This document shows, one piece after another, positions 12,573-28,500 of a DNA stretch of 64,000 nt. Made by a program: the position numbers and the translations under genes. Source of the stretch: Gonapodya sp. JEL0774. Its lineage: Eukaryota. The stretch lies in NCBI GenBank assembly GCA_027604505.1, contig JADIIX010000016.1, forward strand, positions 124,001 through 188,000. Reading direction: 5' to 3'. The notes beneath the pieces were generated by a model. The model was not told where the DNA came from. It saw only the letters and a program-made list of their open reading frames with translations, and made no database searches. Position 1 is the first letter of the stretch; each line of letters opens with the position of its first letter.

Positions 12573-14023
12573 TTACGGAGGGTGCCATTCATTTCCTGAA
12601 GCCCTTGAACGGATCAAGTACTCCTGTTGTGGGGAGTCAAATTGACTCTTCCACAGAGGAAATGGTGCTGGAGGTATCGTTGAGTACAGATGGGAATCAG
12701 GGAAAGTTGGTTGCTCCGATGGAGCGCTCCACCGTCCCCGTCCAGTTGACATTCCAGACGCCGCCGCCCAAGAATAAACCTGCTCGGCGATGTCTTGCTT
12801 CCATCTCTCAGCAGCCTCAGCAAGCTGCTGCGTGATTGAAGGTTGGCTCATCGACGCTGACGCCGGTGCCACGAGCAGCTGGGGTGAGACTGTTACTTCG
12901 GCGGCGGCGGCGGTGAACGACTGTTCACCCGATTCCGACCAAACACGCCTAATCGTATCAGAAACGAGCTCACGTAGGAGTTTCTCGCGAGCTAACGGAT
13001 CTGGAGGTGAGATATCACATGGAGGTTCAATATCGACTGACATTGGCAGTGGGACGGAGTTCTAAACGTGTACAAGTAGTGGACGTTAATAATCCCCAGA
13101 AACAGCATCAATGAAATGATTTGGCCCTGATTGGAAACCGACTCTACAGCCATTGACACACCTGTTGTTCTCCGTCGTCCCATTCCATTTCGTCGCCAGA
13201 TCCCAGTAAGCCTGGTCTGTGTTTCGCAAACTGTCGCTGCCTTGCCTCATAAAAGAGCTCTCTCATTACATTTTCGCGGAACTCTTGGTGCCAGGGCGGT
13301 TTTGCTGTGGTGTTACCAGAGGACCAGTGCGACTGGATCGAAGGTGCTGAAGGACGGCGGGAAGTCGGTGTTTGCGGGCGCGGCATTTCATTTTCACCAT
13401 CCACAAGCATTGAATCTGTATCACCAGTCCGAAAGCCTGAGGAGAGGAGGTGCGGAAGACTCTTTGACCTTTGGTGCCTCGTTTTGATCGGTTCGTGATG
13501 AGCATGAGGCAAATGAGAGTGGGAATGCAAAATGTGGCGAAAATTGTCATTGATATATTGCTCGCGGGAAGTGTGGAAGAGTTCCTAGGAAAGGTGACGT
13601 GTCCCAAAGGCAGCACAAATTGTCAACGGCGTTCAACACCATATAATAAGAAGAATCAGCTCAGTACGGAGCCCAGATGGACAAATCAATTCGGCGAGGC
13701 GTTGTCACCTTCTTTTGCTCAAGATTTTGGCGAGACCTCCAATCCAACGGCCGAAGTCCTTGTGAGTGAACACTAGTCGGGACCGGTCTGAGTCCGGTAT
13801 AGTGCTGAAATATTGGGTTGTGGTGCTCGTGCTTCCCAGGTGGGTGGACAGGCACTTGTACGTGCCGGTGCGGAAACGGATATCCCCCACTGTGTCCACG
13901 GTCCACAGGGGAGGGAAAAGGAGCACTTGACGGTGGCACAGGGAGACCAGGAGGAAGTTGCGGACTGAACCCGGATTCTGGCAGCTTGCTGGTGTTTTCC
14001 ATGGACATTGTGGACTGAGTCAT
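12573..14023 (-). CDS. Hypothetical multi-exon protein; weak resemblance to the RPA-interacting protein N-terminal motif
   Basis: Collinear ORF pieces (13661.., 13144..13530, 12573..13043) with splice-like ends; segment 'KPPWHQEFRENVMRELFYEARQRQFAKHR'. Boundaries uncertain. Confidence 0.5.
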
Positions 14024-14716
14024 GCACTGGCCTTTTGTTGCTCCAGTGAACACACGGCACACCTTCAATTGGTCACCGTTCTCGCGTTTTCGTAGAGCAT
14101 TTCCACCCATCACCATCTGCCAAGGAATTTTAAAGTGAGAAATGGAAACCAAACGAGTGGGATCAATGTCCTCGGTTTGAATGCCGCAAGGCCTGGCGAT
14201 GGTCGAGTGCTTTCCCAGGAGATTAAATTTCCCAAACAGAAATAATTGGAAGTACAAGTCGGAACTCCTTTGTTGGGACAGGAGATTGGTTCTCAGGGTT
14301 TTATTGATTGAGGGGTGGGCATGGGGGACTGATCACAAAAACTAAAAAAAAGGGGGACTCAGATAGAATAGATAGAATGAGAGACCACATAACTTCTGCT
14401 TCGATAATCAAAGAAATTCCTTGTGAATTCAGACCTTGCAGGGTTGAAATCACCAAAAGGCAGTTGCTGCCGCATTTCAAAATTGGCTTCCATTTTCGGA
14501 CACAGGTTTGGGGTCCAGGTCGATCTGACGCCAAAGACTCGAAAGCTTCCCCTATACCGGCCAGCTGAATTCAGTTCCCCCGTTTCCCTTGACAACCGCC
14601 CTATTTCCCTCTTGTGGGAAATCCCCTCCGAACCCATACTTGCTCCAGCGCGCACGTCGCTTCCGGTCCCCCAATCGACGAGACCCTTGTGTCGTCCGGA
14701 CTCCGTCGCTTAAGTG

Positions 14717-16876
14717 ATGGGGACGACAACGGTCACGGAACAGCCGGCGGCCTTCAAAATCATAGGCATTTCCCTCGCTCTTGTATCCTCAGCCTGCATT
14801 GGAGCGGCATTCATCCTCAAAAAGCGGGGCATTCTTCTGGCGCAGGCTCGGGCAAAGGAACAGGGCAAAGATACAGCCGGAGGCAAAGGACACCATTATC
14901 TCACGAATAAAACATGGTGGCTGGGAATGATTCTACTTGCGGTCGGCGAGGGGGTGAGTTTGTGCGGGTCTTCCTTGTTCCACTGTGAGCATACTTTGAG
15001 TTCTATTCCTTGCGGCGATCGACCGCGCTCTCTCTGTATAATGGATTGTGTGCCCTCTGTAATTGATTACTTTCCATGCGTCAGTCCAATTTCGCGGCAT
15101 ACTCGTTTGCACCTGCCATCCTTGTGACGCCACTTGGTGCAATGTCTGTGGTTATCACGACAATTCTCGCCTCCTACTTCTTACAAGAGAGGCTTAATAT
15201 GACGGGGAAGATTGGGTGCATGCAGTGTATATTTGGTGCAGGCATTGTGGTGTTGAATGGTGGGTTCCTCGTCGATGGGAGACAGTGTACATGGCCTGAC
15301 TCACCACATCCTCCAACAGCACCGGCCACAAATTCGACGCAAACTGTCAGAGAGTTTTGGAGCTACGCTGGATACCCGAGTACGTGCGATTTGTCCTCTC
15401 TCCCTTCTTCTCCACATGTCCCAAATGCTTCCACCTGCACGCATGACTTTGCCAGGTTTCATTGTGTACCTTGGCATACTCTTAGTATCTGTCCTGTGGC
15501 TTACATTCTGGGCTGGGCCTCGATGGGGCAGCAAGAATCCTCTCGTGTATATTGGGGTATGCTCTCTCACAGGGAGCATCCTGGTGTTGTCCGTCCAAGG
15601 TACAGACTCTCGGAAGTTAGCTTGTGCGATGTTATTTTCAATCTTTGGTACCATTTTGTGCTCAGGTTTTGGCTCTGCCATCGTTTATACCGCCGCGGGG
15701 AAAACCGCGGAAAATGCTGATGTTTGGGTCAACCAGTTGTTGCTCCCAGACTTCTGGGCTCTTGGAGCAGCTGTCGTTGTCCTTGCTCTGACCATGGTCC
15801 ACTTCCTCAACAAAGCTATCAATCTCTTCAATACCTCCATTGTGACCCCGGTCTACTATGTGTGTTTCACGACCGCCACAATCATATCATCTCTCATCCT
15901 CTTTCGCGGAGCCGGTCCTAATGCCAGTACATCAGTTGCCTCCATTGTTTCAACAGTCCTTGGCTTTCTTGTCATCGTTGGTGGGGTCGCTCTCCTTTAC
16001 TTTTTTAACATGGAGTCGACAGCCATTGCGGAACCTCCAGAAGATCAGGGCGAAGCAGATGTATTCAAAGATATGCCACCGCGTCCATTCGCTCAATCGC
16101 CCGACTCTTCTGTCAATACGCTTGCAAGCGATGAAACTGAATACAGAGGATCCCATCCCACCCAACACCCTCCCCGAAGATCTCAATACCCCGACTACGC
16201 CCAGCAGAGACAACAACAATCACTCCATTTCTACCAGCAGCAACTTCGATCACCGACTTCTTTAGAACCATCTTCCGCCCAAATATACTTGGACGGGCAG
16301 GCGGTCGAAATCGATCCACGTACAGGTATTCCGCTGTACATCCTGCCTGAACTGCAACGTAAACTCTCCTCGGCTACGTCCCACAATCTTACCAACCGAA
16401 GTCGAGCTCGTCCGCCCGTGTCCCCTATCGGATATCAAGGATATCCCGAGGAACCAATTGCCTATCCGACAGCTGCGGCTTACCATGCTGGTGGTCCCCC
16501 ATATGTTCCCCCACCAACACGAACCCCACCCCAAGCCCGGACACCTCGTGATGCGGCAACGGTGCGCAAGAGCTCAGAACCCGTGGCGGAGCAGGCACCA
16601 CCTCGAATGGACACTAGACGGCTGTCCACCTTTTCGCCAAACACATCGGAAAGCGAATGGGAGGACGAAGCGAGACTCGGAAGGGACCTTATAAAAGGCA
16701 CCACGGTGGTTGTTCCAACTACGCGCGCCCCCAAGTCGAAGGGAAACCGCTCAAAAAGTCGAACACGAGATGAAGGCAGGGAGAGTCGCCGAAATTCTAA
16801 GGTTGGCGAAATGGATGAAAGGTGGAATCGGTGGGCGAAGAGTAGCCACGGTGGAAATGAACCAGACATGGCATAG
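14717..16876 (+). CDS. NIPA-family magnesium transporter (DUF803) with disordered C-terminal tail
   Basis: '[23 protein letters not shown]', '[11 protein letters not shown]', '[21 protein letters not shown]', '[14 protein letters not shown]', '[23 protein letters not shown]'. Confidence 0.95.
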
Positions 16877-17106
16877 TCGGTGGTCAATTCTTCTGTTTGT
16901 GAATATCAAAGTCCAGGTCGCCTGGAGCGCCTGTGCTTTAGGCAGCTTTTACACCTGGAGTGTATATTGTTAAACATTTGTTGTTGTTCTTTCGTTGTGA
17001 TCCAATTTTCGGGATACAATTGTTTGGAATGGTCCTGTTTTTGGCTGGTGATGCATGTTGGTGGTGTGCCGCCGACCCAAGACAGAAAAATTATCGTTAT
17101 CCAGCG

Positions 17107-18660
17107 ATGGACATGAAGCCACAACAACCGAAATCCGAAGAGCTGAACCATTTTCCAATCAGAGTGATCTCAACCTCTTCGCGTGGTCGAATCGTGGTTG
17201 CGACCAAAGAGATTCCCAGAGACACTGTGGTGTTGCTCGCCGCTGCATACGCAGCCTCTATATGCGTGGAAGATCGCACCAAGGTGTGCGCAGGGTGTTT
17301 CCGACATGCAGGTGACAGATCGAGATGGGATATGCGAACACTCAGACGCGGTTTCCCACCAGTGTCCAAGAATGGTGACTCGCAATTCTTCAACGATGGC
17401 CGACGTTATTGCTCTGAGCGGTGTTTGGACTCTTTGTTTGAGCTGGATAGCTACCACGTTGCGAGTCGTTGGCTGGAAGCGTTGGAGGATGAGGTTAGCA
17501 GACGAAAGAGAAAGTACGGTCGGCGAGCGATGGATAAAAGTCAGAAGGAGATTGCAACTGGAAAAAGGGAGGGGAAAAGGGACAATAAAACCAGATCTAA
17601 ATCTCCTTCCGCACAAGCGTTCGAAGAGTGTGAGGATTTGGAATTGGCAACAGCTCTTGGCGTCACCGAGAACAGAGAAGTCGAAGTTTTGGCCCCTGCT
17701 TTGGAGGTAAAAATTGACGCCGCTCCCAGCCAACTCAAAGACGTGCAGCCTGTGGATATACATGGGATTGTAGACGAGTGGATCGTACTATGGGATTTAG
17801 TCGATGTGCCAGGCACAAAATCAGCTTCTGTTTTGGAACATGAACTCCAGCATGATGTGTATCTTCCAGACGACTTTGACGTCGATGTTATGCGACTAAT
17901 CGTGTCGGTTCTTGCTCGTCGGTGGACGGAAATCTCGCGACTACCGGATGATGACAAGACTGGTACGGAGCCCAACTTGCTCACCACAACCGGAAACGAC
18001 CTGGTTGACGTGGATGTAGGCCGTTGCTCCACTTTCAAGGACGTTCTCGGAATGCAGTACAACGAACGAGCGTTTCTCCTTAGTGTCGCAAGGAGAGAAG
18101 AACAGACACTCTCGTTGCCTCTTCCCGACAGTCTACGCCGCTATCTGAACATATACAAATTTCTCAAACGAATTCAGAGTGATTCAGTGAAGCTCAAAGG
18201 AAGCCGGAAACCGGTTTCAAGCAACGAGGATGTCAGTCTACCTCCGATTCTTGGTCAAACAAATCAACTCTTTCGCGCCGTTGCTTTCCGGGAAATTGCA
18301 AATTCTTTCGGCATCTGGGAACCGGGGCCCGCAGATCCACTTGCTCCAGGATATAGTTCACGGGAACTGCTTGGGTTCTCCATCGCACCTCTTGCCAGTC
18401 TGTTCAACCATGATTGTCGTCCGACCTTAAGGCGCACAGAGCTGTTTTTTCCTAGTGATGGGTTGTGCTTTCCAGGGGTGAGCGAGTTTCGGACACTGAG
18501 AGACTTGAAGGAGGGAGAGGAGCTAACTATCGGGTACGGTGACTTAACTGAGGGGGTGAAGGAGAGACGAATGAGACTGAGGGACAACTACTTTTTTGAG
18601 TGTGGCTGTGATAGATGCATTGAAGAGGAGAAAGCAAATGGCCATGTAGAAGTCAAGTAA
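17107..18660 (+). CDS. SMYD/Set6-like split SET-domain lysine methyltransferase (apparently intronless)
   Basis: 'RGRIVVATKEI'; MYND-like 'CAGCF...YCSERC'; 'NSFGIW', 'ASLFNHDCRP', 'GEELTIGY'; post-SET 'YFFECGCDRC'. Confidence 0.9.
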   Translation: MDMKPQQPKSEELNHFPIRVISTSSRGRIVVATKEIPRDTVVLLAAAYAASICVEDRTKVCAGCFRHAGDRSRWDMRTLRRGFPPVSKNGDSQFFNDGRRYCSERCLDSLFELDSYHVASRWLEALEDEVSRRKRKYGRRAMDKSQKEIATGKREGKRDNKTRSKSPSAQAFEECEDLELATALGVTENREVEVLAPALEVKIDAAPSQLKDVQPVDIHGIVDEWIVLWDLVDVPGTKSASVLEHELQHDVYLPDDFDVDVMRLIVSVLARRWTEISRLPDDDKTGTEPNLLTTTGNDLVDVDVGRCSTFKDVLGMQYNERAFLLSVARREEQTLSLPLPDSLRRYLNIYKFLKRIQSDSVKLKGSRKPVSSNEDVSLPPILGQTNQLFRAVAFREIANSFGIWEPGPADPLAPGYSSRELLGFSIAPLASLFNHDCRPTLRRTELFFPSDGLCFPGVSEFRTLRDLKEGEELTIGYGDLTEGVKERRMRLRDNYFFECGCDRCIEEEKANGHVEVK

Positions 18661-18862
18661 CTACAGAACAACCACTGTGCAAGATACAGGATTATGCCCA
18701 ACGATTATGCCACACCATGCCCCAAAGTTCTCTTGGATGGCCCCACGTACTCACTCTATTCCAGGACACCTGAAGTGGTCAGCAAGAATAAATGCAACAA
18801 AAAACCTGATATTTCCTAATCGTTTTTCATAACTAGATATGCTATTTGGATTCTCATTCAAT

Positions 18863-21523
<2,661 letters not shown>

Positions 21524-21878
21524 TCAGTGAAATTGATGTGAAATGGAGAGACAAGATATAAATTGAGCGAGTTGAAATAAGGAGTTGGGAGGTCAAGGGC
21601 TCTATGAGTTGGATGCTCCTCGTGTGGGCATGAGCTGGACACATCAACGTTGTTCTCGTTCGTCTTGCGAAATGATTCAGGCCAATCCAGCTCGTCGTCT
21701 CTTGCTTCATAAAAAACGAACCCTGTTTTGAGAGCTTGGTCGCGGGATTGATCGGTTTGAATTCCCTTGAAAAGCAGATGTTGCGCCCTGAAATGCTTCC
21801 AGCTCAGTCCCAGGCGGTCGACTGTGGGAGTCATCAGCTGCGTCACTAAACCCTGAACTCTGGATATGTCTGCAAAAT

Positions 21879-23881
21879 TTAATTTGTAGAAGAGAAATGA
21901 AGTGGTTCTGCAGGGCCTAATTTCATGATTTGCCCCCCATCCCCTGTTTCCCTCTCGACTGCCCTCTCCACTCTCCCTGCAGCGACCTTCGCACCAAGCC
22001 CAAATCGCGGAGGCAATACTATTCTCCGATTCCTCTTCGAAAATGATGCGAGCTCTTGAGCGAGTCGGGTAGGTTGGTCGAGTGGAACCTTTGTGAAGAT
22101 TGGTGGATTCTTGTTATGACCTCTTGCGTGTGGGGGGGTTTGGTGACTCACTGGCGGGCCTACTTACAAGATGCCCCGAATCGGGTATCACGGTCAGCTG
22201 AAACTTTCCTGCAATGAGAATAATTCGTGAGATGATTCAAAGTATGTTCGGGAAGTGGAGAAGGGTGCTAAGATTTCCTCCTCTGACCCACCCTGCATCT
22301 GCCCAATCATGAGTGGTGTGTCGAGTCGGTCGGTCCCTGTCAGCCACGACAAGAAGTACGTTCACTAAAGTCAGATACAAGAATCGGACCTCGAACACAA
22401 GCCAAAAGCAAGCGTATGCAATGACGTATTGCGGAGTTCGAAAGCAACCATTCACATGTCACGACGTCCCATGCCAGGCCGCTCCTTGCACTCACCTGCT
22501 AAAATCAAAAACTTTGCCGCCCGAACAGACAAGAATTTTTCCGACAGGTTTTCGAACCATCCTACAATATCACCAAAATTGAACGCACAAACGGTTACTG
22601 ATACATCACTCACTCCCCTGGTCTGCCACTGTTCGATTCGGACCCTAAATGCAACTTACCCTCCCACCACTCCTCACTCGCAGCCAGATCAGTCCTCCAT
22701 TTGTAGGCCGGCCCCCCCCTATCTCCGCGCTCGTCACCAGCAGGAACACGGATAACCAAGGGCGGCATTGCTAATCGAGCGGCTTCGGGCGTGCGAAGAG
22801 TGTGGGAGGTGAGGCTGAAGTGTGGCAGAGGGGTTTATGAGAAATGATAATATTCTTGTTGATCGCGAATGCTGCATTTACTCGCCTCCATCGTATTGCA
22901 TCAGTTGGTGTGAAGAAGCGAATGGGTCGGGAGTGCAGATAGGCGTGCATGTGGCGAAGGGAGTCTTTGGCGGAACCTGATGAGTTGGGAAGAGAGGGAC
23001 AAGGAGGTAGGATAAGACAGTAAAATCGAAAAGTGTAAGATAGAACAAGCCGAGGGGCGGTAGTGTGGTGAGCTAAATATCGCCGGTATCGTTTCCAAAT
23101 CCAAATTAAGGAGGGCACGGGAGATAGAGAGGGGGAATCCATTGAAAAAAACGGATCGTGCCTTCCACAAAACTTCGAATTGTTTGCGAGGCCCTTCGCG
23201 CTCATCTCTCTCTGCCACTCACAGATTCTGAAGGTTCCATCTCACCAACTACCCACCTTCCACTACGTCGACCACCACCACGCCCAAAACGTTCTTCCAA
23301 CCTCCTTCTTTCACGGCATCCACGACCACGGCACCGCCTAAACTGTGTCCAACAAATACCATATCTCGACCACAGGTGTCCAATTGCATAGCAGAGATGA
23401 GCTCGCGAGTATCGGCACTGAGGCGGGCGAGACTCATTTCTTCCACGTTATTGGTCGTTCCAAGTCCTTCGGCACTCGCGGCTTCACCGTCGACAGCTCC
23501 AGACTCCCCATGCCCCCTACAATCCCAAGCCACCACCGCACAGCTGGCATCAATCTCTCTGAGTTTCTTCGCGACCATCCCGAACGACGCTGCCGAGTAA
23601 CCCCCACCGTGGTGAAGTATATACACCGGTGGGGGTGACTGGTTCAGCGGTGAGGGCCCTGGCACTGTAGGCGCAGGAGCTGGGATAGGAATAGCGGGAA
23701 TAGGAATCCCAGAGTGGAATACACGGAATGAGTAGGTTTTTAATGCAAGCGTGGTGGAGGATTCAAAGTACGACAGGGGGGAGAGGGGCGTGAGGTCTGA
23801 GGGGATCGTGGACGGGGAAGCTGACGAAGAAAACGTATTGTGGGAAGCCGGGAAGGGCGGGAGAGACGGATCTGAAGCCAT
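21879..23881 (-). CDS. PPE1: Protein phosphatase 2A methylesterase (PME-1), alpha/beta hydrolase
   Basis: 'HHGGGYSAASF', 'DCRGHG', nucleophile elbow 'GHSLGG', 'DVVEG|SA'; spliced exons give 'YKWRTDL', 'WFENLSEKFL', 'TDRLDTPLMIGQMQGKFQL', 'SGHL'. Confidence 0.93.
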
Positions 23882-24154
23882 AAAGCGAATGGGCCGGTGA
23901 ATTGGAATCCAGTGTTGATGCCAATGTACCGACATTTCAAACATGCTACATGATGTTCTTCTTACAACAACGTACGACAAATGAACAAATCTAACAGTAT
24001 AGTAAAACGATGAGATCTCGAGATAAACTCCCAGTGAATGAATTTTTCAAAAAGGTACCAGTCTTCCCCGCCGAACCAAAGACTTAGAGTAGAACACACC
24101 CAGGTGATGCTTGATTGCCACAGTCTCGACCCGCATTGAAGGTCCACTAGCTCG

Positions 24155-25056
24155 CTATACTTCATCGCCTGCTGAGTGTGGTCGTGACGTTGAGGAAAAC
24201 GTGACCACTAGCGAGCGTGAGGGGGACGGGTAAGACAGAAATGGAACTATTGTCAGTCAAAACTCTCGAAGATACTCCAGAAATGTAAATCCTTTGCAAG
24301 AGATGTGCGCAGTGATTGTAGAAAGGAGGGACGTGGCGGGAACTGACCTCTCGCATCCTTAGGTACACCTGTCTTCGGGTCAATTCCTTGCGCCTCCAGC
24401 ATTCGCTCGACTACTACCGTTCTTGCCTCATCAAACCCAATTCCCAGTTCCTCCATTACTCTCACAACCTCATCTCCTGCCTCCGCAAAACCTTTGCGAT
24501 TCTCCCCGGCGCCGAAGTTCGCAGAACTGTCAAACCCATCGGAGGAAGGGAGGGAGGAGAAGGCGAGGGTTGCAGAGGAGGATGCAGAGGAGAGGGAAGT
24601 AGACGTGGAGGGCAGTGGGGGTTGGGAGGCGTCGATGGGCAGTAGTCGGGAGTACGGATTGCGAATGCCTCGATTGCGCCGGTGGAGATAAGGAAGCAGG
24701 AAGCGCCGAGCGGACCACAGAACTTCGTTTTTTTTTTCAGCGGAGTAGGATGTTAAAGGGACGATGAAGTATGAGATAAGGCGGGCGGTGTGATTAATAT
24801 TGGACGAAACGACAGACACAGACGGCTTCAAGGCCACTCAATATGTTTCAACTTAGAATCTTTCCACCGATACTATAGCTCCGCTGTAACTCAACTTCAA
24901 GTACTTACGTATCAGGACTACTACGACCCAGAGCATCAAAACTGTCCAAATGCCCCATTGAGATCCATCTCCATCCTCGTCATCACCGTCACCGGGGTCG
25001 TAAACGGGGTCGTCATTTTGTCGGGGAAATAGAGTCTCGAGGGGGTTAATCTGCAT
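24155..25056 (-). CDS. Small fungal membrane protein, DUF2015/UPF0357-like (3 exons)
   Basis: N-terminal TM 'WGIWTVLMLWVVVVLI'; C-terminal 'VMEELGIGFDEARTVVVERMLEAQGIDPKTGVPKDAR|VVTFS' resembles the DUF2015 C-terminus. Confidence 0.75.
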
Positions 25057-25568
25057 TGCGTTGTTGTGGAAATAAACGAATATGATAATTTGATTGTGAA
25101 AATGATCAGACGGCAAGAGGCTGTTCAAGTTTGCATTGGTACTTCCACTCGCTATCACCATGAGAGGGACGAAAGACGGCAAAAAGAAACGAAAATTAGA
25201 TTCAAAATCGTAATACACTACATGCTTTGTACAGATTTGTTTGACGACGGTTTGGGCACTCTCGGATTTGGTTCCCGGAACAAGTACCGGTTTCCAACAC
25301 ACCTTTCGGGAGTTCAAAAGAATTCCTTGTATCATCTAATCGAATTGTCCCCCGTAACGACGTAACGACCGGGGGACAAGTACGTCCGTTGTTAGCCGAT
25401 GTTCTGTTCCAGCCACGTACGATTTCGCAAACACCCATTAGTCCAGCGTTATCCAAGCCCAGAATAGGACCGACGGTCTCCAAGACGTTGCAGGTGTTGC
25501 GAAGCGTCATTTCACGACAAGGTGCTGGTGTCTAATCCAGAACTGTCCGTTGGTTCGCCGTCATCGCC

Positions 25569-28500
25569 TCATATGGTGAAGCCACCAAAATCCACTCCAG
25601 TCCCTTCCGCCCTCCAGCCCCCTTGCACCCATGCACTCCACCTCCAAAATACCTCCTCGTCGACCTTCACATCCCATTCCACAGCCCGCAACAACACCCC
25701 TTCCACCCTGTTCACCTCCTGGACCGACAACCCCGATATCTTACTCCAAGCCACGTTCGAGTACGACTTGTCGTGCAAAAACTTCCACGCTAAAACCAAG
25801 GACGCGAGGAACACCCTGCGGCTGCAGAGGAGCGGGTGGGCGATGGCCGAGGGTGGGGCGGGCGGTGGGCGGGGCACCGGGTGAGTAAAGATGGACGAGA
25901 AAGGCGTCTCGCCGCATTCCATCTGGGATACAAGCGACCGCAGGGAGCCCGGGTCCGTGTCCCCGGCCTGCACCGCAGGTCGGTGGTAGCCGCCCGTGTC
26001 TATGCCGGGCCCCCCGCCCACCCGAGAATCCATCCCCGTCGGCGCAGCGTCCTGTCCCACTGCCAAACTCCCTGCCCACCCGGCCCCCCTCTCCGACAAG
26101 ATCCACTCCCACCGATCGCCCCTCTCATCCACACCAGACCCTTCCACGTCCCACGCCACATTCGCCGATTCGGATCGGACGCGGGGTGTAGGCAAACCAT
26201 GGAGATTGGTGTGGGATTGCGAATAATGGGTGGTGGTGTTGGTGAACGATGCCCCAGAGAGGGATGCCGGTGGGGACGGCAACGGAAGGGGGAAAGGGAG
26301 GGCAGGCGGTGGGACAGGAAACGGACTGGCGCTATATCCGAGGTGGGGTTGAAGTTGAGAACCTTGTGCCAGGTTCGGATAAGTGAGCACCATGGAACCC
26401 ATGGCCCAGCCTCGGGCCTGCACCTGTGCGACCTTTGGCCACGCGCGGAGGCACAGAAGCAATGCGAGTTCAAAGGTGGAGAAAGAAGATTGGGAACGGC
26501 GGACCATTTCGGAGATGAAAGTCCTGATGGGGTTGGTCGAGGTGGTGCAAGCGGCGTGACGGTGCGTGAGGTAGGAAGGTATCGGTGTTTCGTGGCGAGC
26601 GGGGAGCCAGTGTGGGTGCGCGACCCGTTAAAATATTCCACTACCCCAAAGAAAGACGGACTGTCTACCCACCGCAAGGGAAACAGTCCCTGATCCGCAT
26701 CCACATCTTTTGAATTGGGCCATATCCGTTCCAAAAGTGCCATCGCGAAACCTAGTGCAATAACAAACAAAGACAACACACACGCACACACACGTCACGA
26801 TGTGGTATGCGAGGTTTCGTTTTGTTGGTTAGACATGATTTGGACAGAACCCCAACACCAGACACCCTCCCGACACCCCTCACCAAACTCACCCAACAAC
26901 CCATCTACAAAGTCATCCCTCGCACCAGCTCCGCCTCCTGCCCCGTCGTCCAACCCCATATCCGCCCCTGCACGTTCCCTTGGCGCACCGGGACACGACT
27001 CCACGGGCATCCACGAATCATCCCCCCCGCCGCCAGCCGACACGGTGGACGTGGACGCGGCGCGGTGCCGGGCCGAGGAGGACGCCGACACCGTGGCCGG
27101 TGGGGTGGGGCGGCGGAGGTGGTGGGCTGCGGTGGCGGCTGAGGATGAGGACGAGGCGAGGGAGCCCGAGAGGGAAAGTGGGGCGGGGAAGTCGGACACG
27201 GCACGGCGGCGCTTTGCGGCGGATGCGGTGGGTGTGTAAGGGGTGTAGGCGAGCGGGTGTGGGTTGGGCGCCGGTAGGGGGAAGGGAAGTGGGTGGTTGA
27301 TGGGATGTGTGGCAGAGGCGACCGGAGTCGGCGTGGGTGTGGGCGGGGATCGGTGGTGATGGTGAAGTGAGGACGGTCCGCTCCCGCCGCCGGTGATTCC
27401 CGAAGCGGTGTGGGTTCGGGTGCGCCGGCGGGATGTGGCGGATGCAGAGGTAGAGGTTGCCGGGCAGGAGAGTTGCGAGGGAGAGTGGGAGCGAGGGGCA
27501 GCGTGGAGGAAGCTATGCGGGTACGGGTGGGAATGAGAGTGGGCGCGGTGGGGCTTGAGCGGGGATGCGGTTGCAGTCGGGAGAGAGAAAGGGAGGGGGA
27601 GGGGGAGGGAGGTAGGCGGGTTGTTAGAAAGGAGGTGTGCCGCCGGTGGAGGGAAGGCAAAGGGGACGGGCAGCGGTGTGTGGGGGGCGTGGTGTGCCAG
27701 TGCAGGAGGGCACGTCGATTGCGGCACGGCGAGTGTGAGGGTCACAGGAGGTGGGTAGAGGGGTGGCAGAGTAGTACGCGCGTTGGCGTATGCCAGTGCG
27801 GGTGCAGGTGCCGAGACGGGAACTGGCACCGGCGTGGCCAACATGCGGCTGTCTGTGTCCGCCACAGGCGCTGGTGGCGCGTACGGACTGTTCCCCACCA
27901 CCTTGGCTGGTCCCAGCCCCGGTCCCGGTCCGGGTCCCGGACTCGGCGTTGTACGTGACCAATACATGGCCTCCGAGTGCCCCGGCACTTGTGGCGCCAG
28001 GGTGGTCGCGGATGATGAGGAGGACGTTGATGAGGCCGATATGGTGCGGGTTGAGGATGACGACGAGGCCGAGGCCGAGGCCGTGAGTGGGAAGGAGTGG
28101 AGGGACGGGGGTGGGGTTACAGTGGGCATGGGCATGGAGAAGGGGGGGTGGACAAAGTGGGGGAGGGAGGACGTTGGTGTGGATGTGGGGATGGAGGGGA
28201 ACGGGTTGTTGTGGTGGTGGTGTGGGACGGTGAAGTAAGGTGGTGTGAGGGATACCCGGGCGGACCAGTCGCCTTTAAGGTTGAGGTGGTGGTGATGGTG
28301 CGCGTGCTGCGGCGTTGGCGCATCCACGCCGTCTTCCGTGCAACTGCTTGCCGACTGATTTAGATCCAGTTCCCGGGACTGTACTGGGTCAACCTCCACC
28401 CCCATGCCCCCCCCACGCACATCTCCCCCCACGCCAATTTCGCTCACAACAAGCGGTTCAGTTCGGTCGCGCAAAGATCCTCTCCTACCAGAACCAGAAC

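Noticed and set aside
22711..22720. Possible frameshift at the C8 homopolymer in PPE1
   Set aside because: With 8 C the frame reads through correctly (GDRGGPAYKWRTDL).
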